From positions 19,550,341-19,614,340 of the forward strand of contig NC_083409.1 in the NCBI RefSeq assembly GCF_020745735.1: 64,000 bases of DNA, written 5' to 3'. The notes under the pieces are model-generated. The model was given only the letters and a program-made list of their open reading frames with translations. It was not told where the DNA came from and made no database searches. Shown here in pieces: positions 25,365-36,124 of this stretch (its first letter is position 1; each line of letters starts with the position of its first letter). Both the position numbers and the translations under genes were made by a program. The stretch is from Hemiscyllium ocellatum. Its lineage: Eukaryota.

Positions 25365-26935
25365 TTTTTAAAAATTTCAAAATATACATTATTCATAGAA
25401 ATAAATCTTTGTTACCTGTACAATTTGTCATGTCGTTCATAGATATATACATTGCACGTCTTAACATTACAAAGAACAGATTGAATTAATCGAATTTACA
25501 GTTATCCTATTTACAGTTCCCTTTATTAACCATCCAGCCTCTTATTATTTAGATGTGGTTTCAGCGGAACCCACCTAGTGAGTGGGTGCCCTGTTATACG
25601 ATAACAAATGAACCTTCTTTTATCCCCAGTTTATGGGGTTACCATTGTCCATTTGACTGTCCTGTCTCTGGGATAGCTGTCTGCATCCCCATGGTGAGCA
25701 GGAACTGCTGGATCTTCACTGGGCTGAGGTAGCTATCCAGCTCCTCACTGGGGTCATTTACCCGCTCTGGTGTCATTGAGCCAAGGCAAGGGTCCTCACC
25801 ATCCAGTTCTGTGTCTGACAATGGGATTGTCAGAGGATCACAGCTTTCAGTTACCTGGAGTTGTGGGGCAGTGGGTACCCCCTGGTTCTCACTAGGTGGA
25901 GGGTGGACTTCGGGGTTCCGTTGTTTCCTGGTTGGGAGGAAATGCCCTCCTCTTTATCTACGGCGCTTTGTCTCTTCTTCTGGTGGTGATGACCTTCTTT
26001 GCGCTTGTCTTCCCCATCCGAAGAGCTAGCCATCTCTCCCTCGTGCAGTTACCTTTTCCCCCTTTGCTGAGAGGCTTTGGGGGCCTGGCAGGATTTTCTC
26101 TTCCTGTTTTTAACAGGTATCCGCTCCTCTGCCTTCTCGATTACCTCCTCCTCCATTGCTTCCATCGGCCCAGCTCGAGCTAGGATCAGCTGCTGTGTCT
26201 CTCCACTGGCTGCTGCCTCCTCCACTCCAAGCCTGTTCTTCTTTCTGGGTGCCACCAGTCTCCGTTTCCCTGCTGTCTGGGTGGACCTTGCTGGTCTTTG
26301 GGGATCCACAGCTCACATTGCCACTTCCAGCCATCTGTGCGTAAGTGGGCCCCCTCCCGTCTTGGGCAGGTCTTGTACATGTGGCCTGCCTCTCCGCACA
26401 GGTTGCAGCTCTTTGCTTCCTGACAGTCCTTAGTCAGGTGAGCGTCCTGTTTGCAATTCCTGCAGATGGTCACCTTACAATCCGCCACCATGTACCCCGC
26501 CTTCCCACAGGATCGGCACACTTTCGGCTGCCCTGCATATGTCAGGTAGCCTCTGCTCCCTCCAATTGTGAAGCTCGAGGGTGGGTGGAGAATTTCCCCA
26601 TTACCATCGACCCTCAGAGTTACCCTGACCTGCCGCTTACTAGTCCAGATCCCAAAGGGGTCAATCACATCGGTGGCTTCTCCCTCATCTTGGATCTACC
26701 TTCCCAGGAAGGTCAGGACATCAGCCGCTGGAACATAGGGGTTGTACATATGGATTGTAACAACCCGACTCCTCTGTGCAGGAAGCACACACAATGGGAT
26801 CGCCGACAAGATGGAGAATAGTGGCTCCCCCTCCTTCTCCTTGAAGACCTTCAGGAGCTGCTCACACTGCTTCACACTTCTGAAGGTCACGTCAAAGTAG
26901 CCTGCACCAGGAAAATCCTGCAGGCAGTACACATC
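25365..26935 (-). mobile_element. ORF1-only (HAL1-like) Tx1/L1 derivative, 5'-truncated
   Basis: ORF1 has an RRM-like region and three zinc knuckles (CRSCGKAGYMVADC, CRNCKQDAHLTKDC, CNLCGEAGHMYKTC), broken by stops and frameshifts. It is followed directly by a 3' UTR homologous to that of copies 1 and 2, with no ORF2. Confidence 0.75.
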
Positions 26936-27166
26936 TTTTTTTTATTTCAAAAATATACTTTATTTGTAAAATATTCATAAAATAATTTGATGAACTGTAC
27001 ATTTGGTAATGCCATACATATGTCAACATTTACATACACTGCTGAATTATCGTTATTGTATACAGGTCTGTGCATTTCTTGCTCATATGCCCATATATTG
27101 AGCTGAGGCGTCAGCAGAGCCCAAACGACTGCATGGGCCCCCTGTTCTTCTTTAGACAGGCAGATG

Positions 27167-30100
27167 TTAAACGGTGGTCTTTCCCCACCGCGCCTTGGCG
27201 GCAGCTGCCCCAAGCTTCAGCGCGTCCCTCAACACATAGTCCTGGACCTTGGAATGTGCCAGTCTGCAATACTCAGTCGGGGTCAATTCCTTCAGCTGGA
27301 AGATCAACAGGTTTCGGACCAACCAGAGAGCATCCTTCACCGAGTTGATGATCCTCCAGGCGCAGTTGATGTTCGTCTCGGTGTGCGTCCTGGGGAACAG
27401 GCCGTAGAGCACGGAGTCCCTCGTCACGGCGCTGCTCAGGACGAACCTCGACAAATACCACTGCATTCCTCTCTGGACTTCCTCTGCATAGGCACATTCC
27501 AGAAGGAGGTGTGTGACAGTCTCGTCCCCCCCACAGCCGCTTCGAGGGCAGCGTGCGATGTGGCAGAGAGTCCGGGCGTGCATAAATGATCTCACAGGTA
27601 GAGCCCTTCTCACCATCAGCCAAGCCATGTCTTGGTGCTTGTTGGAAAGTTCTGGCGATGAGGCATTCTGCCAAATGGCTTTGACAGTCTGCTCAGGGAA
27701 CCACTCAACAGGATCTGCCCTCTCCTTTTCCCGAAGGATCTCAAGGACGCTACGTGTTGACCACTTCCTGATGGACTTGTGGTCAAAGGTGTTTTTCTTC
27801 AAAACTTTCTCCACGAAGGACAGGTGGTATGGAACGGTCCAACTACTCGGAGCATTCCGCGGCAGCGAGGCCAGGCCCATCCTTCGCAACACAGGGGACA
27901 GGTAGAACCTCAGTATGTAGTGACACTTGGTGTTTGCGTACTGGGCATCCACGCACAGCTTGATACAGCCACACACAAAGGTGGCCATCAGGGTGAGGGT
28001 GGCATTGGGAGTGTTTTTTCCCCCATTGCACCGGTCTTTGTACATAGTGTCTCTTCGGACCCGGTCCATCTTTGATCTCCACATGAAGTGGAAGATGGCC
28101 CAGGTGACTGTGGCAGCACAGGTTCTGGGGATAGGCCAGACCTGTGCCACATATAACAATACTGAGAGTACCTCACACCTGATGATCAGGTTTATTCCCG
28201 CGATGGAGAGCGACCATTGCTCCCATCTGCCTAGTTTCTGTCTCATCTTCCTGATCCACTCATCCCAGGTCTTGGCGCACGCCCCAGCCCCCCCGAACAA
28301 ATACCCAGCACCTTCAGGCGGTCAGTCCTGATGGTCAGTCCAGTTCTGATTGGTCAGTCCAATTCCCGAAGAGCATGGCCTCGCTCTTGCCTCGGTTTAC
28401 CTTGGCCCCCGAGGCCCGTTCGAACTGGTCACAGATGCACAGGAGTCTGTGCACGGACAGCGGATCCGAGCAGAAAACGGCGCCGTCATCCATGTACAGG
28501 GAGGCCTTAACCTGTAGGCCCCCGCTGCCAGGAATAGTCACCCCTCTCAGGCTCGCATCCTTCCTGATGGATTTGGCAAATGGTTCTATGCAACACACAA
28601 ACAAGGCAGGAGAGAGAGGGCAGCCCTGCCTGACTCCAGATCTAACTGGGAAGCTATTTGATTCCCACCCATTGATTGAGACTGCACTGACAATGTTGGT
28701 GTAGAGCAGTCTGATCCAATTTCCGATTCCCTCCCAAAGCCCATTTTGGAGAGGACATCCGTCATATATGTACGCGATATCCGGTCAAAAGCTTTCTCCT
28801 GGTCCAGGCTGATGAGGCAGGTGTCCACCCCCCTGTCCTGCACGTAGGCGATCATATCCCTGAGGAGTGCAAGACTCTCAAAGATCTTCCTGCCCAGTAC
28901 AGCACAGGTTTGGTCAGTGTGGATCACCGCTCCCAGAACAGACCTGACCTGGTTGGTGATGACCTTTGACAAGATTTTGTAGTCTGTGTTTAACAGTGAG
29001 ATCGGTCTCCAATCTCTAATTTCGTCCCTCTCCCCCTTCTGCTTGTAGATGAGGGTGATGATGCCTTTCCTCATGGATTCACTCATGGTACCTGCCCGAA
29101 GCATACCGACATACACCTCCAGCAGGTGCCGGCCAATCAAGTCCCAAAGAGCGGAATAGATCTCGACCGGTAAGCCGTCGCTTCCGGGAGTTTTATTCTT
29201 TTCGAAGGACTCGAGGGCCCTGGTCAGCTCATCCAGAGATAGCGGCTGGTCCAGCCTCTCTCGTGTTCCGTCATCTAGGACCTCTGTGATAGAGGACAGG
29301 AACGACTGGGAGGCCGCGCTGTCGGTCGGCTTCGCGTCATACAGACTGGCATAGAAGGATTTGCTGATCCTCATGACGTCAGCCTGTGATGACGTTACCG
29401 AACCATCTTCTTCCTTCAGGCTGCTGAGCACGGAGCTGTCTTTGTGCACCTTCTGGAAGAAGAAACGTGAGCACGTCTCATCCTGCTCTACCGAGCGGAC
29501 CCTGGACCGGAAGATTATCTTGGAAGCCTCCGAGGCAAAGAGCGAGGCTTGCTGGCCCTTCACCTCCTTGAGGTCCTCCGTGACATCGACCCCCAACGTC
29601 TGCAGCAGGAGCAGGTTCTGCATACTTTTCTGGAGTTGGGACAGTTTTCCCCACCTCTGTCTCGCCTCCTGAACACCTTTGAGGATGAAGAACCTCTTGA
29701 TGTTCCCTTTTACTGTTTCCCACCAGTCTGCTGGAGACTCAAAGAGGGGCTTCGCGGTTCTCCAACCTGCGTAGTCCCTCTTCAGCTCCTCAATGTTTCC
29801 CAGGGTCAACAGCTTTGTGTTCAGCTTCCACGTTCCCTTGCCCGCCCGCTGCTCGTCCTGTAGGTGACAGTCGGCCAGCAGGGGGCAGTGGTCAGAGAAG
29901 AACACCGGCTTGACGTCGGTGATTCTGACCGAGAACGTTCGGGACACAAACAGGTAATCTATCCTTGAGCGGATAGACCCGTCTGCCCATGACCAGGTGT
30001 ATCTACGCTGCGCTCCATCTGCAGGGGTGCTGAAGACGTCGTGCAGCTTTTCATCTTTTACCGTGTCCATCAGGGCTCTGGACGTGGCGTCCAGTTTACT

Positions 30101-30572
30101 GACCCCCCCCGCCGGATCGTCCATCTGCATCAATGTTACAGTTGAAGTCTCCGGACAGAATGACCGGCCTGGACGTAATCCGTAACAGTGGAAGCTGCTG
30201 CAGGACGGCCAACCGTTCACTCTTACCTGCTGGGGCATACATGTTGATTAGTCTTATGGGACCGTTTCTGTATTTAACATCTGTGACGAGGAGACGCCCG
30301 CCCACAACCTCCTTAACCTCGGAGATGGTGAAGTTGCCTCCCCACAACAGGATTCCTAGGCCTGAGGAGCGGTTATCGTTGCCCCCCGACCAAACTAATG
30401 GCCCATGGGCCCACATGCTCGACCACCTCCTGTAACTGCTGAGGTGCGGTATCCCACACTCCTGCAGAAACAGGACATTGGCTTTGACGCTGACCAGGAA
30501 GGCCATCGTTGAAACACATCGCATAGCCGATCTGATGCTACGCACATTGATGCTAGCAATTTTAAACCCCAT
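27167..30572 (-). pseudogene. Tx1/L1 ORF2 (APE endonuclease, RT, CCHC), frameshifted
   Basis: SINVRS, FLQEC, YAP, GDFNC, RIDY, FFSDH, WRPISLLNTDYK, DQEKAFD, YMDD and CPRSGCGGDETVTHLLLEC across at least 4 frames. Confidence 0.9.
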
Positions 30573-31149
30573 TTTAACAGTTTACAGGTTTACCAGTGTC
30601 CATTTGCTGCTGGTCTTGCCCCTCTGGGGTAGCTGCGTGCATCCCCGTGGTGGCGGCAAACTGTTGGACCTTCCCAGGGCTGAGGTGGCTGTCCAGCTCC
30701 GCGCTGGGGCCATTACCGCACTCTGTTGTCTTCGTGTCGGGCCCATGGTCCGCACTGACCAGTTCTCCGTCTGACAGCGGGGCTGTCATAGGACCGCTCC
30801 TCCCAGTTACCTGGAGCTGTGGGCCGGTGGGCACCTCCTGGTTCTCACCGGGTAGGGGGAGGCTTTTACCCATCCCCTCGAAGGGATCGTCCTTTCCTTC
30901 TTGGGCGGTGCTGCCCTCCTTTCTCCCCATGGTGCTCTGTCTCTTCCTCTGATGACGACCCTTCTTGCACCCGTCCTCACCATCGGAAGAGCTGCCTGCG
31001 TCTTCGACTTGTAGGTGTCGCTTCCCCCTTCGCTGGGTGGCTTTGGGGCCCCCGAGAGGTTTTCTCTTCCTGTTTTTGACTGTGATCCAGTCCTCTGCCT
31101 CCTTTGATTCCTCCTCTTCCATCACGTCAGGCTCACTGAAGTCATCTTG

Positions 31150-31269
31150 GTCAGGATGGCTGAGTGGTCTAAGGCGCCTGATTTAAGGAGTGTTAGTCCT
31201 TGCTCTGCATCTGGGCTTGTGAATTCTGGTCCCTTTCTAGGGGCGTGGGTTCAAATCCCACTCCTGACA
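31150..31269 (+). tRNA. Intron-containing tRNA-Leu (CAA-type body, anticodon now TAA), probably a pseudogene
   Basis: Exon 1 is 31150-31187, the 36-nt intron 31188-31223, exon 2 31224-31269. Perfect acceptor stem GTCAGGA/TCCTGAC, T-arm GTGGG-TTCAAAT-CCCAC and type-II variable arm. One T-T mismatch in the anticodon stem. Confidence 0.85.
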
Positions 31270-31280
31270 TGTCTCCCTTT

Positions 31281-31591
31281 GTGGGCGGCACGGTGGCACA
31301 GTGGTTAGCACTGCTGCCTCACAGCGCCGGAGACCCGGGTTCAATTCCCGACTCAGGCGACTGACTGTGTGGAGTTTGCACGTTCTCCCCGTGTCAGCGT
31401 GGGTTTCCTCCGGGTGCTCCGGTTTCCTCCCACAGTCCAAAGATGTGCGGGTTAGGTGAATTGACCATGCTAAATTGCCCGTAGTGTTAGGTAAGGGGTA
31501 AATGTAGGGGTATGGGTGGGTTGCGCTTCGGCGGGTCGGTGTGGACTTGTTGGGCCGAAGGGCCTGTTTCCACACTGTAAGTCTAATCTAA
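31281..31591 (+). mobile_element. Full-length HE1-type V-SINE fused to the tRNA trailer
   Basis: Near-identical to the SINE at 5072; tail taagtctaatctaa. Confidence 0.9.
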
Positions 31592-32469
31592 TTTCCTCCA
31601 TCTGCCTTGAAGGAGCTTGGATCGGCTGCTGCACCTCCCCGCTGTCTGCCGTCTACTCCGCTAACGCCTGCCCTTCCTTCTGGGTGCCTCCGTTTCTGGT
31701 GCCTTGCTGGTCTTTGTCGATCCACGGCTCGTATTAGTGTTGCCACCTCCGGCCATCTGTGCGTAGTTGGTGGCTCCTCGTCTTGGGCAGGCCTTATACA
31801 TGTGGCCCGCCTCCCCGCACAGGTTACAATTCTTAGCCTCCTTACAATCCTTGGTCGGGTGGCCTTCCTGTTTGCAGTTTTGGCATACGGTCACCTTACA
31901 GTCGGCCGCCATGTGGCCTGACCTCCCGCAGGTTCGGCACACCTTCGGCTGCCCTGCATACGTCAGGTAACCTCTGTTTCCTCCGATGGCAAAGCTGGAG
32001 GGTGAGTGGAGGATGTTCCCGCTGGCATCGACTCTCAGGGTTACCTTGACCTGTCTTTTGCTGGCCCAGATCCCAAAAGGATCAACCACATCAATGCTTT
32101 CTCCTTCATTGAGGGGCAATGCAGAATGGACAGGGATAGGGGATCTAGGTTACAAGGAAATACCAGAACAGGATCTCGAGGGGGGAGGGAGGGTATTCTG
32201 ATAACAAAACTTCATTATGAAATTGACACAGTAAATGTAAATTTACTGTCAATACTGACAAACAGAAAGGCAAAATGACACATTCACCAAGTACAGGAAG
32301 GATATCAGGAAAATATTTTGATGCAGAGATTGGAACTTAGTGAGTGCTGGTAAACTGGGTCCTCCATTCAAAATGGGACAGAATTACTTCTTGGAATTTG
32401 AACTGGTCTGAAGCAAAAGAGCAAATTAGGATCAAATAGTCATTTGAGAATATTGAACTGGCCTGAAAA

Positions 32470-32700
32470 ATGCCCGGTGTTTGGCAGCTTTTCATTTTGC
32501 TTTCATCAGGATAATTGTAAAAGTACCAATCAAAGGAGAAAAACATGACATTGATATTGCATATGAGGAAAGTGCTGACACCCTGAGGTGTTGTCACTAT
32601 GAACACGCCAGTTTAAATATTGTTTCCCTTTGCTGTGACATTTCTTGTAAATTGTCCTGATGCATGCAAGACAAAAAGCTTCAACAAAATGTTTTGTTTT
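32470..32700. mobile_element. Decayed palindromic Penelope-derived repeat with degenerate hammerhead cores
   Basis: ctgatgcatgcaagacaaaaagcttc at 32657-32682 and an inverted counterpart near 32480-32510. Confidence 0.45.
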
Positions 32701-33871
32701 TCGCAACATTCAAATTAGGATCAGTTTGGAGAGAAAGAATGAAGATGGAAATGTATTAAGTTAACAATGAAAATTGATCTAAATTCAGCAGAGACCAGGA
32801 TAGTTTCACCTTGAACTTAAAACAGGAATTACCAGGTGAAGTTTAATCACTGGACTGAGTTAACCACCTTCAACCAGTTTGATTGTTTGAATTGTCCATC
32901 AGTTATGTTGATTACTCCTGGGATGGGGAGGGCATTGACGTGTCTGCTATTTATTGTCCTTCCCTAACTATCCTGGAGAGGGCGATGGTTAGTCATGAGA
33001 TTCTTGAAGAGGATCTGACAGAGTGACAAGATCATAAGACATAGGAGTGGAAGTAAGGCCATTCAGCCCATCGAGTCCACTCCACTGGGCCTGAGTGCAA
33101 CTGTCCCTCAGGAGAATGAGCTGTGGCACAAGGGAAAACCTGAGAGTGGTGAAAAGGCTGCGCAGGGGCTGAACCAGGTTTGACGAATGAGCTGATGTCC
33201 TTCTGAGCTGAGTTGCAGACTCAGGCTTTCAGGGCCGCACAGCTTACACTGTTACTGACCATAGCTCCATGATTGATGAGACCTGCCCCAGGAGAACATC
33301 CACAGAAAGCTGCCTCCTGTGTGTCTGATGCGTCTGTGTGTCTCTCAGACGTGACTGAGCAGGCAGCAAGAGATCCCCCTCCCCCACTTTCACCGATCAA
33401 CTTACAAACTCCTTCCGGGGAAAGCATTCAGCACCAGCCATCGCCTGCTTCAATGTGTCCTACACCCCACCTCAAGACAACAGACCCCACTGCCCCTGCC
33501 CCTAACATCTGCTCTCCATCTCTCTCCTGAAGGCACTATCTCTGGCTGGGAAACATCTCGAGCCTCCCCAGGTGGTCTCATTCCTCCAAGTGTGGGCTGG
33601 GATGGTTAAACAAGGCAGGCTGTTGGACTGGGAGGTGTCAGCCTGGTCTCAGTGGGGAGCAGTCTCCCCTCACTCACAATGTTGCAGACTGGGTGGATGA
33701 GCCATTGGGAAATGCAGGGTTACAGGGATAGTGCAGTGGTTTGGATCTGGGTGGGATGCTCTTCGGAGGATTGGTGTGAACACATTGGGGTGAATGGCCT
33801 GCTTCAACGTTGTACAGATTCCATCATTACATGATTCTATCACTGAAGCAAATTATCCAGGCTGAGAATGC

Positions 33872-34240
33872 AGTGCAGCGCTGAGGGAGTGCAGCACTGT
33901 CAGAGGGTCAGTACTGAGGGAATGCAGCACTGTCAGAAGGACAGCACTGAGGGAGTGCCACACTATTGGAGGGTCAGTACTGATGGAGTGTTGCACTAAT
34001 GATGGGTCAGCACTGAGGGAGTGCAGTACTGTCAGAGGGTGAGTACTGAGGGAATGCCACACTATAGATAGTTCATGCTGAGGGAGTGCTGCACTGCTGG
34101 TTTGTCAATATTGAGGGAGTGCAACACTGTCAGAGGTTCAGTGCTCAGAGATTATCTTTCAGATGGGATGTTCTGATGTCTGCCCTCTCAGGGGACAGTA
34201 GAAGATGCCATGACACTATGAGAAGAGCAGAGCAGATCCC
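33872..34240 (+). repeat. ~33-bp minisatellite (cagtactgagggagtgcagcactgtcagagggt) running into a Deu-domain-like SINE body
   Basis: About 8 degenerate tandem units followed by tctttcagatgggatg...ctgccctctcagg. Confidence 0.7.
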
Positions 34241-34627
34241 CATAAAATATGCCTTTTAAAAAATGCCTGGATGAGCGCCTGAAATATCCGAACATTCAAT
34301 ACCTTGGGCCCAGTTCTGGAAAGTGGGCGGAGAGTAGATTTAGTTTTGCCTTGGTGGGACAGACATGATCAGATGAGGGACCTCTTCTACACTGTATGAT
34401 TCTCTGATTCTGTGAAACCTCTGGCTGATGACCATGTTCTGTCCGCCCTCGGCTGATGAGTCAGTCTCTCCTCCATGTTGAACAGCACTTGGAGGGAGCT
34501 CTGAGGGTGGTGAGTGCACAGAATGTACTCTGGGTGGGGGACTTCAATGTCCACAATCAAAAAGGAATTTAAAAAGCATCGGGTTTGTTAGGTATTCGAT
34601 ACAAATATTCAAACTGATATTTCTGCC

Positions 34628-35132
34628 AGTCCAACGCTCACTTCTCCTGTGCCCTCACCCACGTGACCCTCCCCTCTCCCCTCAGCAAGAGCATCAGGAG
34701 ATCAGAATGTGTGTAGTGTGTTTGAGACAGTCCACAGAGGAGACACAACTTTAAATAGAACAGGGCTGAGCTGGCAGGACAAAGGTCATTGTCAGCACTG
34801 AATTTCAACTCCCTTCCTTCATGAGACTGGCCTCTGGGAGACTCTGAGGTTCAGGGGTTAAGGCAGGTTACTATGACACTGTAGAGAGAGAGAGCTTCAC
34901 TCTGTACCCAAACAGTGCTGTCCCTGTCCTGGAGTGTTTGACGAGGACAGTATGGAGACAGCTTTATTCTGTTTCTTATCCTGTCCCTGTCCTGGGTGTC
35001 TTTGGTGGGAACAGTACGGAAAGAGCTTTACTCTGGATCTAACCCTATTCTGTCCCTGTCCAGGAGACTGTTTGTTGGGGACAGTGTTGAGTTGTAATAA
35101 CAAGCATAACCTTTCAAAGATATTGAAAACTT
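34628..35132 (+). pseudogene. IGKC: Truncated Ig kappa constant-region 3' end plus 3' UTR, inverted relative to the intact gene
   Basis: Encodes SNAHFSCALTHVTLPSPLSKSIRRSECV* (34630-34716). 34628-34820 aligns without gaps to 47054-46862 with 8 mismatches in 193 nt. Confidence 0.92.
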
Positions 35133-35147
35133 TACTGGCAGTGGGTC

Positions 35148-35410
35148 TTTACACCGTTGGTCATTTTGAACGTGTTCTGGTCCATATCGGGGCAGGGAGG
35201 GCTGAGGACCAGGAAAAGTTCTACTTCACGTTTAAAGATCAACAATATTGATGGAGCTGCCTGTGCCAAGGACTCCCCAATAGTCCCTCCATCTTCCAGG
35301 AGAGCATGGCACAGGGCTGTGAGAGTTCACGTCAGCTCCCCCAAACAGTTTGGATAGTGTGTGGCTGAGTTGCTTCTGTTTGTGGGAACTGAAGAAGAGG
35401 ATGTGTCCCT
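35148..35410 (+). mobile_element. Retroviral-type reverse transcriptase relic
   Basis: FTPLVILNVFWSIS / EDQEKFYFTFKDQQY*WSCLCQGLPNSPSIFQESMA...CVAELLL matches the decayed pattern D..N.FWSI...KFAFT...Y.W..LPQG..NSP.IF...YVDDLL. Confidence 0.65.
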
Positions 35411-36124
35411 TTGGGATGACAGAACTCCCAGGAGTTGCTCAGAGGGATCCAGATGTTGATCCTTTCCCTGGAACAGCAGGTGAAAAGCTGTTGCATTGCT
35501 CGGGCTCCTTGATGCCACACACCATCAAAGAGACCTTGGTGTTAAGGGCTGTCACTCTGCCCTCACCTCACTCTCATGGTCAGGGAGGACTCAGTCCACT
35601 GACTCACGTTTATCTGAATGAATTCCGCTTGTTACCGATCAGCCCATCTGACCCTCCCAGCCCGTCTATATCCTCATGTCATCTTGTACTGCTTCGGGAC
35701 ACCCCCATTCGGGAAGGTCAATAAATGGAAAGCACGAAAACTTTAATTCAGATATTGAAGACAATTACTGTTTTAATAGAGGAATGCGTATCTTTCATTT
35801 GTAAATGGGATCAACATTTCTTTATTGAGTTAAAGTGACTCAGATTAAATACATCTGCAGTGAATGTATAAATCTACAACAACTCCCACAGAGGATGTTT
35901 GGATTGGAGGCTAAGATGAAAGTATTGGTGACACATCAGAGAGGTGCGGAGATACCTGGAGACTTTGTTCCAGAACGATGTTATAAGCCTCAGGACCAGG
36001 CAGTCCGATTCCATGTGTATTAAGGGGCAGGAGGGTATGACAATGAGGAGGGCAGGTAAGGATTTGGAGAGCACTGTAGGACAGGAAAACCCCCCACTCT
36101 TGCTGTAGTTGTGGGTATGCTCAC

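Larger units (their letters stand above)
26936..32112 (-). mobile_element. Near full-length Tx1/L1-clade LINE (copy 2), 5'-truncated within ORF1
   Basis: Poly(A) at 26936-26943, ORF2 at 27167-30572, ORF1 from 30574 to ~32112, interrupted by a 470-bp insertion at 31123-31592. Confidence 0.92.

Noticed and set aside
26186-26932. ZCCHC3-like host gene (also 31661-32119)
   Set aside because: These are ORF1 segments of Tx1/L1 elements: contiguous with ORF2 or a LINE 3' UTR and poly(A), intronless and disrupted.
12723-30952. Many long plus-strand ORFs overlapping the Tx1 elements
   Set aside because: Antisense shadows of GC-rich LINE coding sequence, duplicated between copies, with no independent gene features.
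33872-34150. Regularly spaced repeats resembling a CRISPR array
   Set aside because: Eukaryotic context, degenerate tandem units without unique spacers, and no cas genes.
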